A stretch of DNA of 59,067 nt, counting the filler, from Platydemus manokwari (Eukaryota): assembly GCA_037951405.1 (NCBI GenBank). It is 5 parts of 5 records of this genome, joined end to end, with 100 filler letters (N's around TTAATTAATTAA, not from the genome) between each part and the next. Parts side by side here need not be neighbours in the genome. Positions count along the whole stretch, not along the records: positions 1 to 12,595 come from JBBMOY010064456.1; positions 12,696 to 21,769 come from JBBMOY011303539.1; 3 more parts are not named here. One strand, 5' to 3'. Made by a program: the position numbers and the translations under genes. Each line of letters starts with the position of its first letter. Position 1 is the stretch's first letter. The notes under the pieces are model-generated. The model was not told the DNA's origin. It did no database searches and saw nothing but the letters and a program-made list of their open reading frames with translations. Of the stretch, positions 1-13,528 are shown one piece after another.

Positions 1-2140
1 TCTTAATATAATTAAACGACGCGATATTATATTATTAGTGAAACAAATTATAATGAGACCTATATATATATCGTTATTCTGTTTGATCTCTCATTGATAA
101 TCATAACAATTCTGATTTCCCTGTGCACATCATCGTGGTTTCGAAGTCAGAGCCGGTCACGGTTTTGTCTCATTTAATAATTTTTCACTTTCCTTTAATC
201 TATAATCACATTAATAATTTAGACTGTCGGTATTTGATGTGTACATTATGGACATAAAATTAATAAGCGGTTTCAGTCAAATTTCCTATTGATTGATATG
301 CGATAGTTATGTTTTTATTCTATTCATAGTTTGTGAGTAACGCGTGCTTCACGTTTTTATGATAGCGTGAGTGATTAGACGAGTGATTAGTGAATGGAAT
401 GGTGAAGGGATCTCGTAATTTTATTTATTTATTTAGGCTGTCTAGCAAATTAATTATTATTTTTATTCAATATATATATGAATGTGTGCGCCAGAACTTA
501 ACTACTCTGTTCTCAATTCGGGTCTATTTTCTGCTTAACTTCTCTTTTAATTAGGAATGTACACTGAGTCAAAACACCGTCAACTTCTCTTCACAATCGA
601 TACATCACTGCTGCTGCAAGTTATAAGATTTATGTAGAAGCTCCTTCATAAATCATTTATTAAAATAAATGTCCTGTGTTCGTTTATTTTCGAACGTGAC
701 CAGCTTAATCTTAAGATGCGCTCCATTATTTTAACCACGTTACCTGCCAGGATTTTAAATCTCTGGGAAAATGTATCTCTGCTTGTGAATTTGATTAGAA
801 TCTGGTGATATTATATGGGCCTTCGTACTAGTACCCATTATTCTTTCTCTTATGGGGACCTATGTAAACTAGCACCTTTTACCCAATCTGAAAAATTTGA
901 TGTGTTCTTCTCTCCTTGTGTCGGGTAGATATTTTGTTGGCTGCAGCTGCAAAATTCTTTCGTGCCTGGTTCTTCTGACTCCCGATGTATGGGCATTGAT
1001 CTTTCCCCAGTATATTATTTCCAAAATTGATAAGTTCCGTTGATCCAAAGCTCTATTCTTGATGACAGTTAATCCCAGTTTTTCTCCAGTCGTTTACTCC
1101 TTAAAAAAGCTGTTATCAAATTTCTTACATTCTTGATAACTCCTTGTGCTAGCCTGTTGAAATGATACTGGTATGGTGAGCTGAATTCTTATTTAATCCT
1201 CAGCTTATAGCACACATCCATCAATAAATTTCACTCTCCATAGTTCCCCGTAGATAACATATAACGCGTTCTACTTTAGAGCAAGCTAGCGGCATTTTAT
1301 AAATTTACGGTTATACATCCACGTAAACCACATTCATATCAAGAAATCATTCTTACCTTCCTGATTGATTTCTTTTTCTGCAAATAGCCCATATTTTGTG
1401 CTTAATACGCAATGTATAATTTTAACTTGGGTTTTCCTATATTCCCCTCAAGTTTACACCTCCTACATGCATCGGCTGGAAATAAAATAATAATACCATG
1501 AATAATTAATTGATTATTATTATTATTAAATATTTGTTTTTATGTTTTCAAGTCCCATTATCTTATTTTTAGGAATTAAGACTTACTATTGTTTTAGTCT
1601 TACATTAGCATAACGATTGCTTATATTATTAATTACTTTGCATTGGCTAATAATCGGTTTCATGTAACGTGGCAAAAACAAAAGCCATTATTTTACATAT
1701 TTTTGTCTGTACTTTACAGTATATATTGATTTATTGATTTATTATCTCGAAATCAATTATGTAAAAGAGAAATGGCTTCATTATATTCAATGAAATCCAT
1801 ACCATTATTATCATTTTAACCATCACCATGTGCGAATAAAATTACCCAATCCAATCATAAGAAAAGATCGATAAAATGTAAAATAAAAATTGTTATGATA
1901 AATGGAATAATTATTGATATTATTATATACAATTCAAATATCATTAACACATTCATTTATAATCATATGAATATGTGTTTATTGAAATCGATAAATCAAT
2001 CATGGCGTAAATAATTTATTTATAAATATATTGACTTGGTCGATAGCATACATGTCTTTATTCATAGATGGAATCATAGGATTTGATATTTTCTGTAAAC
2101 TTTTAGCAATTAAATTTCAGATTCATAAAGCACATTCATT

Positions 2141-2380
2141 GTGTTTGAATCAATCATTCGCATGTTTATTCTTAACTGTGTAAATGATATTTGTGAAGAA
2201 TATTCCAATTTGGCATCAAGTTGCTATCGTTACAGGTATTCTAAATCTATTAGAAACATAAAGTTAAGTGAATTGCCATACGACTCGAATATATTATCAA
2301 ACTATGTAATGGTGGGTTCTGATTCTATTCGATGTCAATATGAAGATAGAACTATGGAACCGGACTAAAGTTGCCAATAA
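2141..2380 (+). pseudogene. possible degenerate sushi/CCP-like domain fragment of a multi-exon surface/secreted protein
   Basis: NYVMVGSDSIRCQYEDRTMEPD*SCQ resembles the second half of a CCP module (GYxLVGxxxIxC...W....PxC); in-frame stop; motif resemblance only. Confidence 0.3.
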
Positions 2381-2699
2381 ATCGTTCAGGAAATCCTAAT
2401 AAATAGCTTGCAATAATATAACAAATATAAATATATTGAGATCGAATCTTTATTCTTAATAAAAAAATTATAATTATTTAGAAAATTTTTACACTAATAT
2501 TACTATTATTGATTAACAATTTTTCTTCAATAATTTGAATATTGATGAATTATTTATCTGATTAATACGGCTATAAATTTTTATCGATTTCTAACATTTA
2601 AACAATGCCTATAGATTATGCCTCATCAGAGAAATATCCGACATATTCAAATGGGATTTATCAATCATAAATTAAGTTTAGCCTGCTAATTTAAATGAG

Positions 2700-3260
2700 G
2701 AAATGTAGGCTATTTTTTGCAGGAACATTAATTCTTAACCGCTTCTTAAATATCACGCAGATTTTGTTTTAATAACATTCTGGTTATTTATAGTAATGAT
2801 GCATTTATTTTCGTTATCGAATTAGTTTCCTCTTCCACCATCATGCTGCAATTTGGAATTTTTCCTGACACTTAATCGATACGAAATTCATATCTGATTC
2901 AAATTGGATCTGTTTTCTCAGTGACCTCTTTGATCAATGAAAATTTGTATTTTTGACATTGTCAATTCACTGATATTTTCTCTCGACAAATTCCACCCAA
3001 ATCATTTTGAGTTCGTCTACCTGATTGTGGGTGTTTTATTTTCTGTTTGGAATGTCTCCTTAAGATCATTGTTGAAAGAGTGTTTCCCTTGATGAATTGT
3101 TTGCATAAGCGCCGCTTATTTTTTCTAATTTTTGTAGACAAATTATTTTTTCTACTTTTTCTGTAAATAATTTCGTGGGACGCTCTGTTTTTGTCTTACT
3201 AAAAATGGCTTTATTTTTTGAACACAACCATGGTTGAAACTTGCAGATTTAAGTGGGATA
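2700..3260 (-). mobile_element. degenerate Merlin/IS1595-like DDE transposase relic
   Basis: Minus strand reads RK*N, frameshift, GRRTQNDLGGICRE (about 3045-2980), later HDGGRG; resembles Merlin/ISXO2 motifs RKYNRGR...WVFGGIxR...SDxWxGY; many stops; boundaries approximate. Confidence 0.4.
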
Positions 3261-3719
3261 AAATTATTATTTTAGGTGATTTCTATAAACATTTAATGTT
3301 CACATATTGATACAGAAAATCGATAAACTATAATATATGATTTTAATCGATAACATTATAGATAACTTTATATAAATATATGAGCCTATAATAATTAATT
3401 TGCACTGAATTGGCAGTGTGTTCAAGTTTGAAGGTGAAGATCATCTATTTCTGGTAAAGTCTGCCTAGTTATGGTTTTCTGAATGTCATTTAAAATTCTT
3501 CAAATGGTTTTCGCAATGTGATGAAAAAATTTTTAGATATTCAGAAGTTAAGATTGAAGATCAATAAATCTTTATGTTTATAATCATAATCATGAAAAAC
3601 ATTTAGTAAATTGAATTATTCATTCAGAAGCACACTTCAATATTGATTATAAGAAAAATATAATCGAAAGAAACCTCTAAAAAGAATTGTCATTTTGCAC
3701 CCTCCAGATCGATATTTTG

Positions 3720-4674
3720 TTGGGTTGGTGCATAAATTCGTGCGGTTTTATTTATTGCAAAGAAAACACTCCAAGTTGTTGTTTTAATTTATTTGAGTTA
3801 TATTCATTCAGCTGAATCATCTATTTAAATCATTTTATACTAACTTTCACTTTCATTACATCCATTAAAATGGAGTTTCAGGTAGATAAAAATGAACATT
3901 TCTGGCATCTACATCCTTTTCTATTTTAATCAACATTTAAACGCCGCAGAAGCCACCAGAATGATTTGTTGCGTTTATGGAGAAAGGGCAGTCAGTGATC
4001 GAACAGCACATAAGTGGTTTTCGAAATTTAACAATGGAAATTTTAATTTAAACGATGCACATCATGCCGACCTAGTGAGTTTTATGAAGACTAGTTGAAC
4101 CCATTGATTCATGATGATCCGCGTCAATCGGCACGAGCGCTTGGACAAGCCATGGATCATACCACTATTTCTCGACATCTCAAGAAATTGAGAAAAGTTC
4201 AAAAGCTTGGATCATGCGTTCCTCATCTTCTCAAAGAAAGTCACAAAAATCAACGTGTTTCGATTTCCGCATCTTTACTCGTTCGCCATCAATATCAATC
4301 TTTCTTTTCCAGGATTGTAAAATGTGAATTTGAATCACAAAAAAGCGTGAGGAAATCCTCAAAAGCAACCAACATATTTTCATCTTTTCTTTTCCATGTC
4401 GAACCAGCTTTCTGGTCTCACATTTGAAAACAAAGAAGCAATAACAACGTGGATTGAAGAATTTTTCGACCAGAAATCACCAAGCTTCTTCAAATGTGGG
4501 ATTGAAAAACTGCTAGACCGGTGGAAGGAATTGATCGATTGTGGCGGAGAATATCTCACTGATTGAGACTGAGATATTTGTTTTTCTAATGATTTCATAA
4601 ATTCTTTTTGTTATCTGGAATTTTTTGCATTTTTCATAATTGTAAAAAACGCACGAACTTATGCACCAACCCAA
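3720..4674 (+). mobile_element. mariner (Tc1/mariner) DNA transposon, internally deleted, about 955 bp
   Basis: About 30-bp TIRs: TTGGGTTGGTGCATAAATTCGTGCGGTTTT from 3720 and its near-perfect reverse complement ending 4674 (2 mismatches); encloses transposase fragments. Confidence 0.95.
3870..4566 (+). pseudogene. mariner transposase pseudogene (HTH region and C-terminus present, DDD core largely deleted)
   Basis: ATG 3870 MEFQVDKNEHF, then ILFYF..NAAEATRMICCVYGERAVSDRTAHKWFSKFNNGNFNLND, KLGSCVPHLL (WVPHEL motif), FFSRIVKCE, then jump to FENKEAITTWIEEFFDQKSPSFFKCGIEKLLDRWKELIDCGGEYLTD* (TGA 4564-4566); several frameshifts. Confidence 0.92.
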
Positions 4675-5239
4675 TGTATTATCGATTTATTTGTTTATCT
4701 CTTTCTCTACAGACAATCAATTATTCAATCATAATTCTAGCTGTCAAATCTTCCATAATTTTCCCCCGCGTAAAATATGGATATAATTATTAGCATATTC
4801 GTAGAATAATGATTTCTCTTTCCTACTATCGTCGTTAATGGTTTTAAATCTTATTCATTTCATTTCAATAAATCTTCAAGTTACCAAATATTCTATTTTT
4901 AGTACTTAACGATTTATTATCTAACTAATTTCTTTTGTAATTCAGGGCCGACTTCTGGGAATAACGATTGGTTGCTTGCTGGGAATGTTACCACTGCTAA
5001 TGTTTGATTACTCTAGTCAGGGGGACTGTGAACAATGCTCTAAGAAAACCATCGAATAATATATTGAATTTTTAGAATTCTTTTAGAAATGCACTGTAGC
5101 AGAATATATTTAAACGTGTTTCGATTTTTCTCTTTTACCAACGACTTGTTATTGTTACTTAATGATTTTTTGTGAAACTAGAGAACAGCTGATTTGAGAT
5201 ATCTTTGTACAAGAAATACAAATATTTACATTTGAGCAA

Positions 5240-5780
5240 ATGATTTTGAATTTTTGTTGCAAAAATTGGTTAGAAATTTATGAAAAAATTGATCCGAAAT
5301 TTTCGATAATAATGGCTATTTTTTTCAAAGGATTGTGTTGGGAAAAGTCTTTAATCGGAAATTTACTAAAATCCAGCACCAAATACTCCAATGATTTAAC
5401 AATATCATACTTTAAGAATTTTTATGAAGCTTCTATTCATTGACACATATTATGAAAATTGTAGCCTTTTCTGTGTATTGAATTTATCGATTTGATTCAA
5501 TTGATTATGAACCACAAATTTTGTGTATTGATTTACTTTTTGCTTGAAGATTTCAATATATAATCCAGGGAGCATAAATATTATAGATTTAATTGATTTA
5601 TTTCAATGAAACAGAAGCTCTGTCTCCTTTCAGTTAAGGAACCCTGAATAAATAATATTTATATTTAAAATTCCCAACGGTTCTGGCAACCATTACGAGG
5701 TACTTGTGATAAATTAGAAACAATTCGACACCATTTTGTTTCACGTATTTCTTAACAATTTTATAAAAATACATTTGAAT
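5240..5780 (+). pseudogene. possible degenerate superfamily-3 helicase (parvovirus NS1-like) relic
   Basis: Frame-hopping motifs in SF3 order: IFFKG/CVGKSL/IGNLL (Walker A-like), DYEPQI (Walker B-like), LLEDF..EHKY (B'-like), PTVLATIT (motif C-like), HFVSRI; heavily broken. Confidence 0.3.
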
Positions 5781-8700
5781 GACAAATATTTGTTTTTCGG
5801 TTTTATATTGAAAATATTACTACTTAAGTCTCGATCGATATTAACTCGAAACACCCAGTACCAATGATGACTCTCGAATTGGAAACCGATGTTCCTGCTA
5901 ATCATTAGATAATAATTTGTTCTATCAATTGAATAGGAAACCCTTTCGACAAAATCAACATCATTAGAAGAATATCTACACTAAATCCTTGTTATACCTG
6001 CCAAAAGTTGTGATTTAAAAATAGGCATGATATAAAACTATTATTAAAACCACAAATGTAAGGAAAATATTTTATGCCGGTATGTGAGACAATTTTTGCA
6101 AAAGATGACAAAAAAAATATCATCAAAAATAAATATTGGGCATACCGCCTAGATACTCGGGAAGCCGCTCTCAACAAAAAGATAATAGAGACTACAAGAT
6201 TAAGAATTAATTGTGGGTCAATTATAAATTAGCATAATAGCTTCAGATAAAATTTCCGCCAATGAAATGTCTTCAAAAAAAATAAACGGTCATCGATAAA
6301 ACGCCTTTAAATTTGAATTTCTAAAATGAATTGTAAAGACTTCAAATCAATTAATGCCGATGAATAAAATTTTGTCGTAGAACATTTTTCAAATGAATTA
6401 CACTGTATAAAATGTAGTTTGAAGTTCTCACACAATCGATAAGTCGTCGTAGCAATTTTTTTTATCAGATTTTATCTCCCAGTATAAACGTATTAGGTGA
6501 ATAATTGGTTTTATACTCTTTTTTTCTGTCCGAGTCATTTGCATACATGCTAACAGGATTTTGCCCTTTATTCAATGCGTAACAATTGTCATCCTCTTTC
6601 TTCTGTTAGTAAGGTTTTTTTTGACTTTGTCTTCTTCATTATGCCATGATTTTGTTTTACTCTTTCTGGATTATAAATGATAAAATTACACGTTCATCCA
6701 CATAAAAATCTCTAATTCTCCTAACTTCTTCATATCTCCTTTATATCTTCTCACATCTTCTTTCTCTATATATTCTCAACATCTTCCTCCTCCTTTTCTA
6801 TAATTTTCAGTTATTAATCCTCTCAAGTACAACACCAATCCTAAAATATTTAAAACAGCTAAATCTGTATAAATTTCTGCTAATTTGAGGTTTAGATATC
6901 ATCATACAGCTCACCAAATGACCGCTACAACCCCTACCATCACTGACAAACTAATGCAACTTAACTTTAAATTCAAACAACTAGTATCAAAAAACACTCA
7001 CAAATCACCATTTTATTCATTCTCGTTCATGCCTTACAAGTTAAACTATAATTTTTCAAAATTTTCATTAAAATTTGGCATTATTTTTGGCGAGCAACAA
7101 CGCTGCTCTGATGCTGATTCAGCTAACTCGAGTTAAAAACACCAACTTAAATAGGTGCGTGTTCAAAATTTGCACCAAATATAAAATACGAGTGGCATTA
7201 CTAGACCTGTAGAAAGTAGAGAATCAAGCCAGTACGAAGTTTGTGGACAAAAATTAAAGCATAAAAATACAAAACCATGAGAAAAATGGCTCAAGAAAAT
7301 GGGTTGATGAAAATTCAACACTAGACAATGCAATCCATTAAGGAATGTCAGAAGCTGCCTGAAACAACCAAAGAGAACATAGTACGACAACAATACCAGT
7401 CGGCCAAGAGTGGATCAATTATTCCACTAAATCATTCAACAAGTACAAAATGGGAAACAGAATTAAAAACTGTCGCCAACAACAATTTGGTAAAATTGAC
7501 AAATCGACACAAAGGAATTCTATCACAGAATCGTTGGGACTATTGGAGAGTCCAACTAGATACAAACGATTCAGAGTAAAGATTTACAATCATTTGACAT
7601 TTTGTATATTTTATCCTCACTGGTTTGTATTCTGTCTTTATCTACACGGCTATTTGTATTCAATCTTTGAAAAACAATTCATTGGATCAATGCGGATCAA
7701 TGCGTTATCATATTTATAAACGAGGATCGATGTTTAATGAAATCATTATGGGAAATAGGATAGTGTTACAATTTCTAAAATTTTGCATTTTTATCAATCA
7801 CCAATTGCATAAAAGATCAATAAGAGAAGAATGATTAACGAATAAGATAACATATTTAATTATGTGGAATAATAATATTTATAATAATATTTATTATAGA
7901 ATAATAATAAAATCCTTCATAATTATTTATAATAATCGATAATAGAAAGGTAATCAGTTAGTAATATCGATTTGGAAAAGTACAATGAGCTTATAATAAC
8001 AAGAATCTGAATAAGCCAGTGGATAAATAAAAGAAATCAAATTCATAAGAATAAAACATTGAAACATGTATTATCGAAAAAAATAATAAACCGTCTAATA
8101 GGCGCCATTAAGTACTGCATGTACCCAGCTGGAAATAATTTCGAGTACAAAAAATTTTGAGAACAACTGTTAAAACCAGACTTTCAAGGAAATTTAATAT
8201 TAACTGAGGATTCAAGAGATAGAACGACAGACAAGCATTCAATTATGATGGGCGGATAAAGGATTGAAAAAGTTTTTTACTGGCAGACAAATTGTGAAAC
8301 AATTTTGAATAACAAGGTTTGGTTTTCATTTGTAGTTATGAAACTTAGTTCATTAAAGTACATATTTTAAAAATCAATAAAAGAGTGAAATGAAAGTCAC
8401 TATAGTAATCAGAGTTTGCCACTTCAATATTTTAAAAATCCATTGTAATAATCGATTTAAATTAAATATCTGTTCTTATTTGTTAATCAATAAATTTATT
8501 TTAATAACCGTGTTCTGATTTATTTAGGTTTATGAACAAATTTATCTCCATTAACAGCTAAAATCAAAGGAAACAATGAGTTGTTAAATGAGCATCGATT
8601 AAATCAGCATTGGTGTCGGATATTAGCCCATAGGGGTAACACACATACATAAATATAAATAATATATAAATTAAAATATAAAATTTTGGCGTAAACATGA

Positions 8701-11470
8701 CGAAATACAAAATTATCACTAAATAAAATTTTATAAGCATCTTACCGTGATAATATCATAGTGATTTAATTATAAATTCAAATCACCGTGGCAACATAAA
8801 TCACCATGGAGAAATAGAAAATGGAGAAAAATTTATCATCGCGCCCACAAATCAGAAACCTACTAATTTCTTATAGCAACAATCGCCATACGTGCTCATA
8901 AGCACAAAAATTTCGACACAAAAATACTCGTAACACATACACTTATTTTCGCATGCAAAATATTCCATACGGAATTTTCAATGAAACAGTAACCAACTCA
9001 TCAGAAGAATCATTCAAATACTCTCAAGCAGAAGCTATCAGTTGTTAATTTGTATCCATAATCAGAATTTATCCAATTACCTTTCAAAATTCAATATGGT
9101 ACACACTAATATTGTTATCACTTTCAACATCTTTGTGACATGTTTTGGGTTGCTTGTTTAATTTTTATCAGTCTCTATATTCTATAATTTATTGTGGATC
9201 AATGCTGTCTTGACCAGTCTCTGTGAGCCCTGATCAATCCCTTAAGGTACACTCAATAAAACCTTACTTTATAATCTTCTGCCTTCACCTCGCTATCAAT
9301 ACTATATGGAGATAGTACTATAGGCAGCAAAGATCCAATCGCTATATTTCATAACTATCAGTCTCAAATTTCAATGTCATATATCTATATTCTATCTAAT
9401 CAACAACTCAACAACCAATTGATACAGTAATGTTTTTTTAACTACGAAATATACACCAAATATAAAATTTTACAAATTGTTTTGTTTGAGCTACACTATA
9501 TAACAATAAAATAAACCTAGACGATGACACTTACAATTCTGGGAAATAAGAACGGTTGCAAACTTCAACTCAAGAAGCCAAACCTTTACCCTTAAGAGTT
9601 TTTTGTGAGATAAAACTCTATAATATGACGATATACGGTACGGTATATAATATATATATATCAGTATTTTACAGGTTCGGTCTTACTTTGATATGTATTA
9701 TTACATAAGTGTGGGAAATCTGCAAAGGTTGAACATTAATATTACCAACAAACAATTGATTTTGGTTCCACTGGACCGATGTGATATTTAATCCATTTCA
9801 AAACGATACAAAGCCTATGTTTGACAATAATATTAAATAAAAAAAGCCGAAACATATCGAACTTGAAATTCAAGGAGAAAGCGATGTGCACTTCACTCCA
9901 AAATGCAGCAAATTACACATTTATTAAAGCGAAGAAAAAGAATTTAAAATTAATATAAAAATAGGTCATCGAAGTGCATAAATCAATTCTTATCAGGCGT
10001 GAAAATTTAGCACAAAGATTTGAATTAGTGATTTGCTTTTCATAATTGTTATTTTTGCGTTATATATTATGGGATTTATTTCATTTCTAAATTTTAATTT
10101 CCAAATCTGGAAGGCTATGAATATCTTTAATCCACAGTTGCTATAATAATTCCTTGGTAAGAATAATTCTAATATGTTCCGCTATTAATATCATTTTTAA
10201 AAACGATATGCTTTGTTTATCGTTATCATTTGGATGCCATTGCAGATTCAACCTGGTTTGTTAGTCACCCATCGGTCACATTTGTTAACTTTCGTTATCT
10301 GACTGTTCACCTTAACCTAACTTAGTCTCCTTATTATGTTAGAATCCCAATCGAAACGAGTAATAAAGGAATTAGGAAGCAAAGATACAAGTACATCCTT
10401 TGGGAGACATCAATAAAAAGTATATTATAAAAGATATTAAAAAACACACACATACATATGTGTGTGTGTTGAGATTTTCAAAAAGTATGACTTTGTGTGC
10501 CAATTTATAATACAGTTGCATTATCCTACATGACAATGTGTATTACATCGTGTATTGATTTTTAGTATGCTCTTTGACCAACATTTATTTTTTATAACGT
10601 AACAATTTCTGGAAAGCATGTGCAAAGTCAGTTTATTAAAATGATATTTATGAACTAGTGTATTGAATATTTATCGTGATTATATATATATATAACTATC
10701 AATGTAATATTATCCCAAAAAACCCATTAAAATTTCGCACACAATGAAATTGTCCATGGAACAATATGAGAAATAATTTGTGGCATATTATCGCACAAGA
10801 ACATTGACAAATAAATTGCCACATATTGTCGCACACAATAAATTGAGGCAGTGAGCAGAGTAATCTGTCGATTAAATTTCTCATTGCGATAACAAATTTT
10901 GACATGAAAAAAATACATGACGTTAAATAATAATGTTAGAGAATGTCTATGAGTTACTCATCTCTGATTACATAAGCTATTGCATGCATATTTGCTGTAT
11001 ATGGAATTATAACAAGATTTGAAAATTCTTCTAAAACGGCACCAGAGAAGGTCATACTGTGTTTGAGATCAAGATTCTATATATGCACAGCTTTTAGTTG
11101 AAAACCTAACAGTAAGATACCTTTTATATAAAGTACTGATCAATATTATATATCGTTATAATTTCTTTTATTGAGTTTGCACGCAAAAATATTGAAAAGG
11201 TTTTGCACCAAGGACGCTGCAGTACATTAACCTCAACCTTGATCTAGGAATTGTTGAGATTCGTTATAAGGCTATGTTTTTTGTTATTTTTTTTATTTTA
11301 TTTACTTTTTTTTATTTTGTTACTTGATTTAGTAGTCAATTTGTAGCTACATTTGCAGTTACAAACCTCAGTTATTGATTAAATAAGGATCATAGATCAC
11401 TGCTGATCATCATTGGTGTCATATGAGTTTAAGAATTAAGAAAAAGTATATAATAGCTAAGATATGTTAC

Positions 11471-11598
11471 TGTTGCCACACCTATTGTGTCATTACAATA
11501 CGATTGTAATACGATCATAAGCTTTATTACACCTGCGGTCTTAATCAGAACTCATTGAGAATTATTAAGACAATAGCGACATTAAATAGAAATAAGAT
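11471..11598 (+). repeat. dispersed repeat family B, copy 1
   Basis: TGTTGCCACACCTATTGT...AACTCATTGAGAATTATTAAGACAA...AAATAGAAATAAGAT shared with 39404-39507. Confidence 0.75.
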
Positions 11599-12595
11599 CA
11601 ATAATAATTAAAGCCTCATTAGATCCAAACGTAACACATATGCACACATGTATATAGAGAAAGAGATAAAAAAGAATTCTCTCAAAAAAATTAAACACAG
11701 AATAGAAATAGAAGCAGAACCGAATAATCAAGAATGAATAAACAAATGGAATGAGACCCATATCACTGAAATGCACGACATATGATCACGAATGATAAAT
11801 ATTTGCTGGAAATTTTCGAATTCGAGATACACATCGCCCTTGTATAGAGATAGTGTAGGAAAATGTTTCATCAAAAAGCTGAACCCATAAATCAATCAAA
11901 AATGAGCTAAAATAGTCTACTAACTCAGTAATAATTAAATTCAAGGCAAACCAATTTAGAAGATGTGTAATATAATCATCTTTGTGGTTTAAGAAGCATT
12001 GAATGAAACTCACATAAAATAAAGAAGTCAAATCAAATCTATTATCTCAATAAATGAAGTTCTTGATGAAAATTTTCTTAATTATATGTTTCCAGATAGG
12101 AATAAATTTAATAATAAATATATCGAAGTTGTTCTGTTAAATGTATCGATTATTTATCTCTCATTCTCCGTATAATTGCTTTTTCCAGAAACGATTCCAA
12201 ATTATTTTGTAATATGTTTTCAAAATTAAGAAAGGACTGACATCCGACCAATTGAATTCGAATTGAGTTGTCTTAGTTCTTTATTATAGGGTACTGAATA
12301 ACAGTCCTGGATTCTTGCTAGAAAAATGATTGATTGCAAGCATTATGAGATATTAATTGTATGATATCCATGAAACATTGATGTAGACGCGATTTAAAAC
12401 GAAACAATCTATGCGATTGAGACAGCAATAGTAATGAAAGAGTGATTAAAAAGTTTGTCGACTATATCACCAATATAAATATAGATACTAATATCTATGT
12501 GAATAATAAAGTCGAAAATTAAATTTATTTTAATAAATAATGCTTGAGGCTATATATATATATATATATGATAAATTCCAAGCTATCGTGACTTA

Positions 12596-12695
12596 NNNNN
12601 NNNNNNNNNNNNNNNNNNNNNNNNNNNNNNNNNNNNNNNTTAATTAATTAANNNNNNNNNNNNNNNNNNNNNNNNNNNNNNNNNNNNNNNNNNNN
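12596..12695. other. assembly linker N44-TTAATTAATTAA-N44
   Basis: Identical 100-nt spacer occurs four times; the 12-mer core is palindromic with stops in all six frames. Confidence 0.97.
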
Positions 12696-13528
12696 TTTAC
12701 GATAATTTAAATATCGCAATGCTTAGGAAAGGATTATTAAAATTCATTCTTTTATGATTAATATTAGTTCTGGAAATTTATCGATGATTTATTTTCATAA
12801 TAATCTAATATGCTTGGAAAAATTTTATAACTTTATATTTAATTATGTAAAAATATGTTTTTAATTTTATACTTTTAATGATATTTATATATTTTCATTA
12901 TTATCATATTAATATTAAATTATTTTTGAAAATCATTTTTGTTTAATTGAAATGATAAAGGATAAATTGAAATTATTTAATTTATTTTATTATTTAAAAT
13001 GAAACAATTACATTTGATCATTTTTGCTTTTCCATGAATATTATTTACCAATCAAACATTTATCATTAAAAAACAAATTTCATAATTGAATTGTGAATAT
13101 CGTTTTGACAATGTAGATAAGTTTTTGGTTTGCAGCTGATGGTCTACATATTCGAACGGAGCAAGTTTTCTCGAAATTGTCTAATTCAATTTTAAATGAT
13201 TATTCCAGAGTAGTCTGTGCCCACGTCGTACATTAATCGATATTATCAAGTTTATAATCAAAATCAGAATGAAAGTTTCCTAAGAAAAGTTTTATGAAAA
13301 TATAATTAAATTATTTTAAAATATTTCTTTGAATAAAAAAGAAAATTATCGATCGAAAATAATTGTAATTTTTCGCCAAATTTTTATCAAATGAATTGAA
13401 TTTATTTGTCAAGGTATTTCAATTTCCAATGAAATAGATAACCCAGTAATCGATAAAGATTTATTCAGATAATCAGTTCATTAATAAATCTGTGTGTCAC
13501 ACCATTGATTGGATGATGGAGAATGTTT

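Noticed and set aside
650-1300. Possible LINE 3' remnant on the minus strand
   Set aside because: Composition is suggestive but no diagnostic motif could be read
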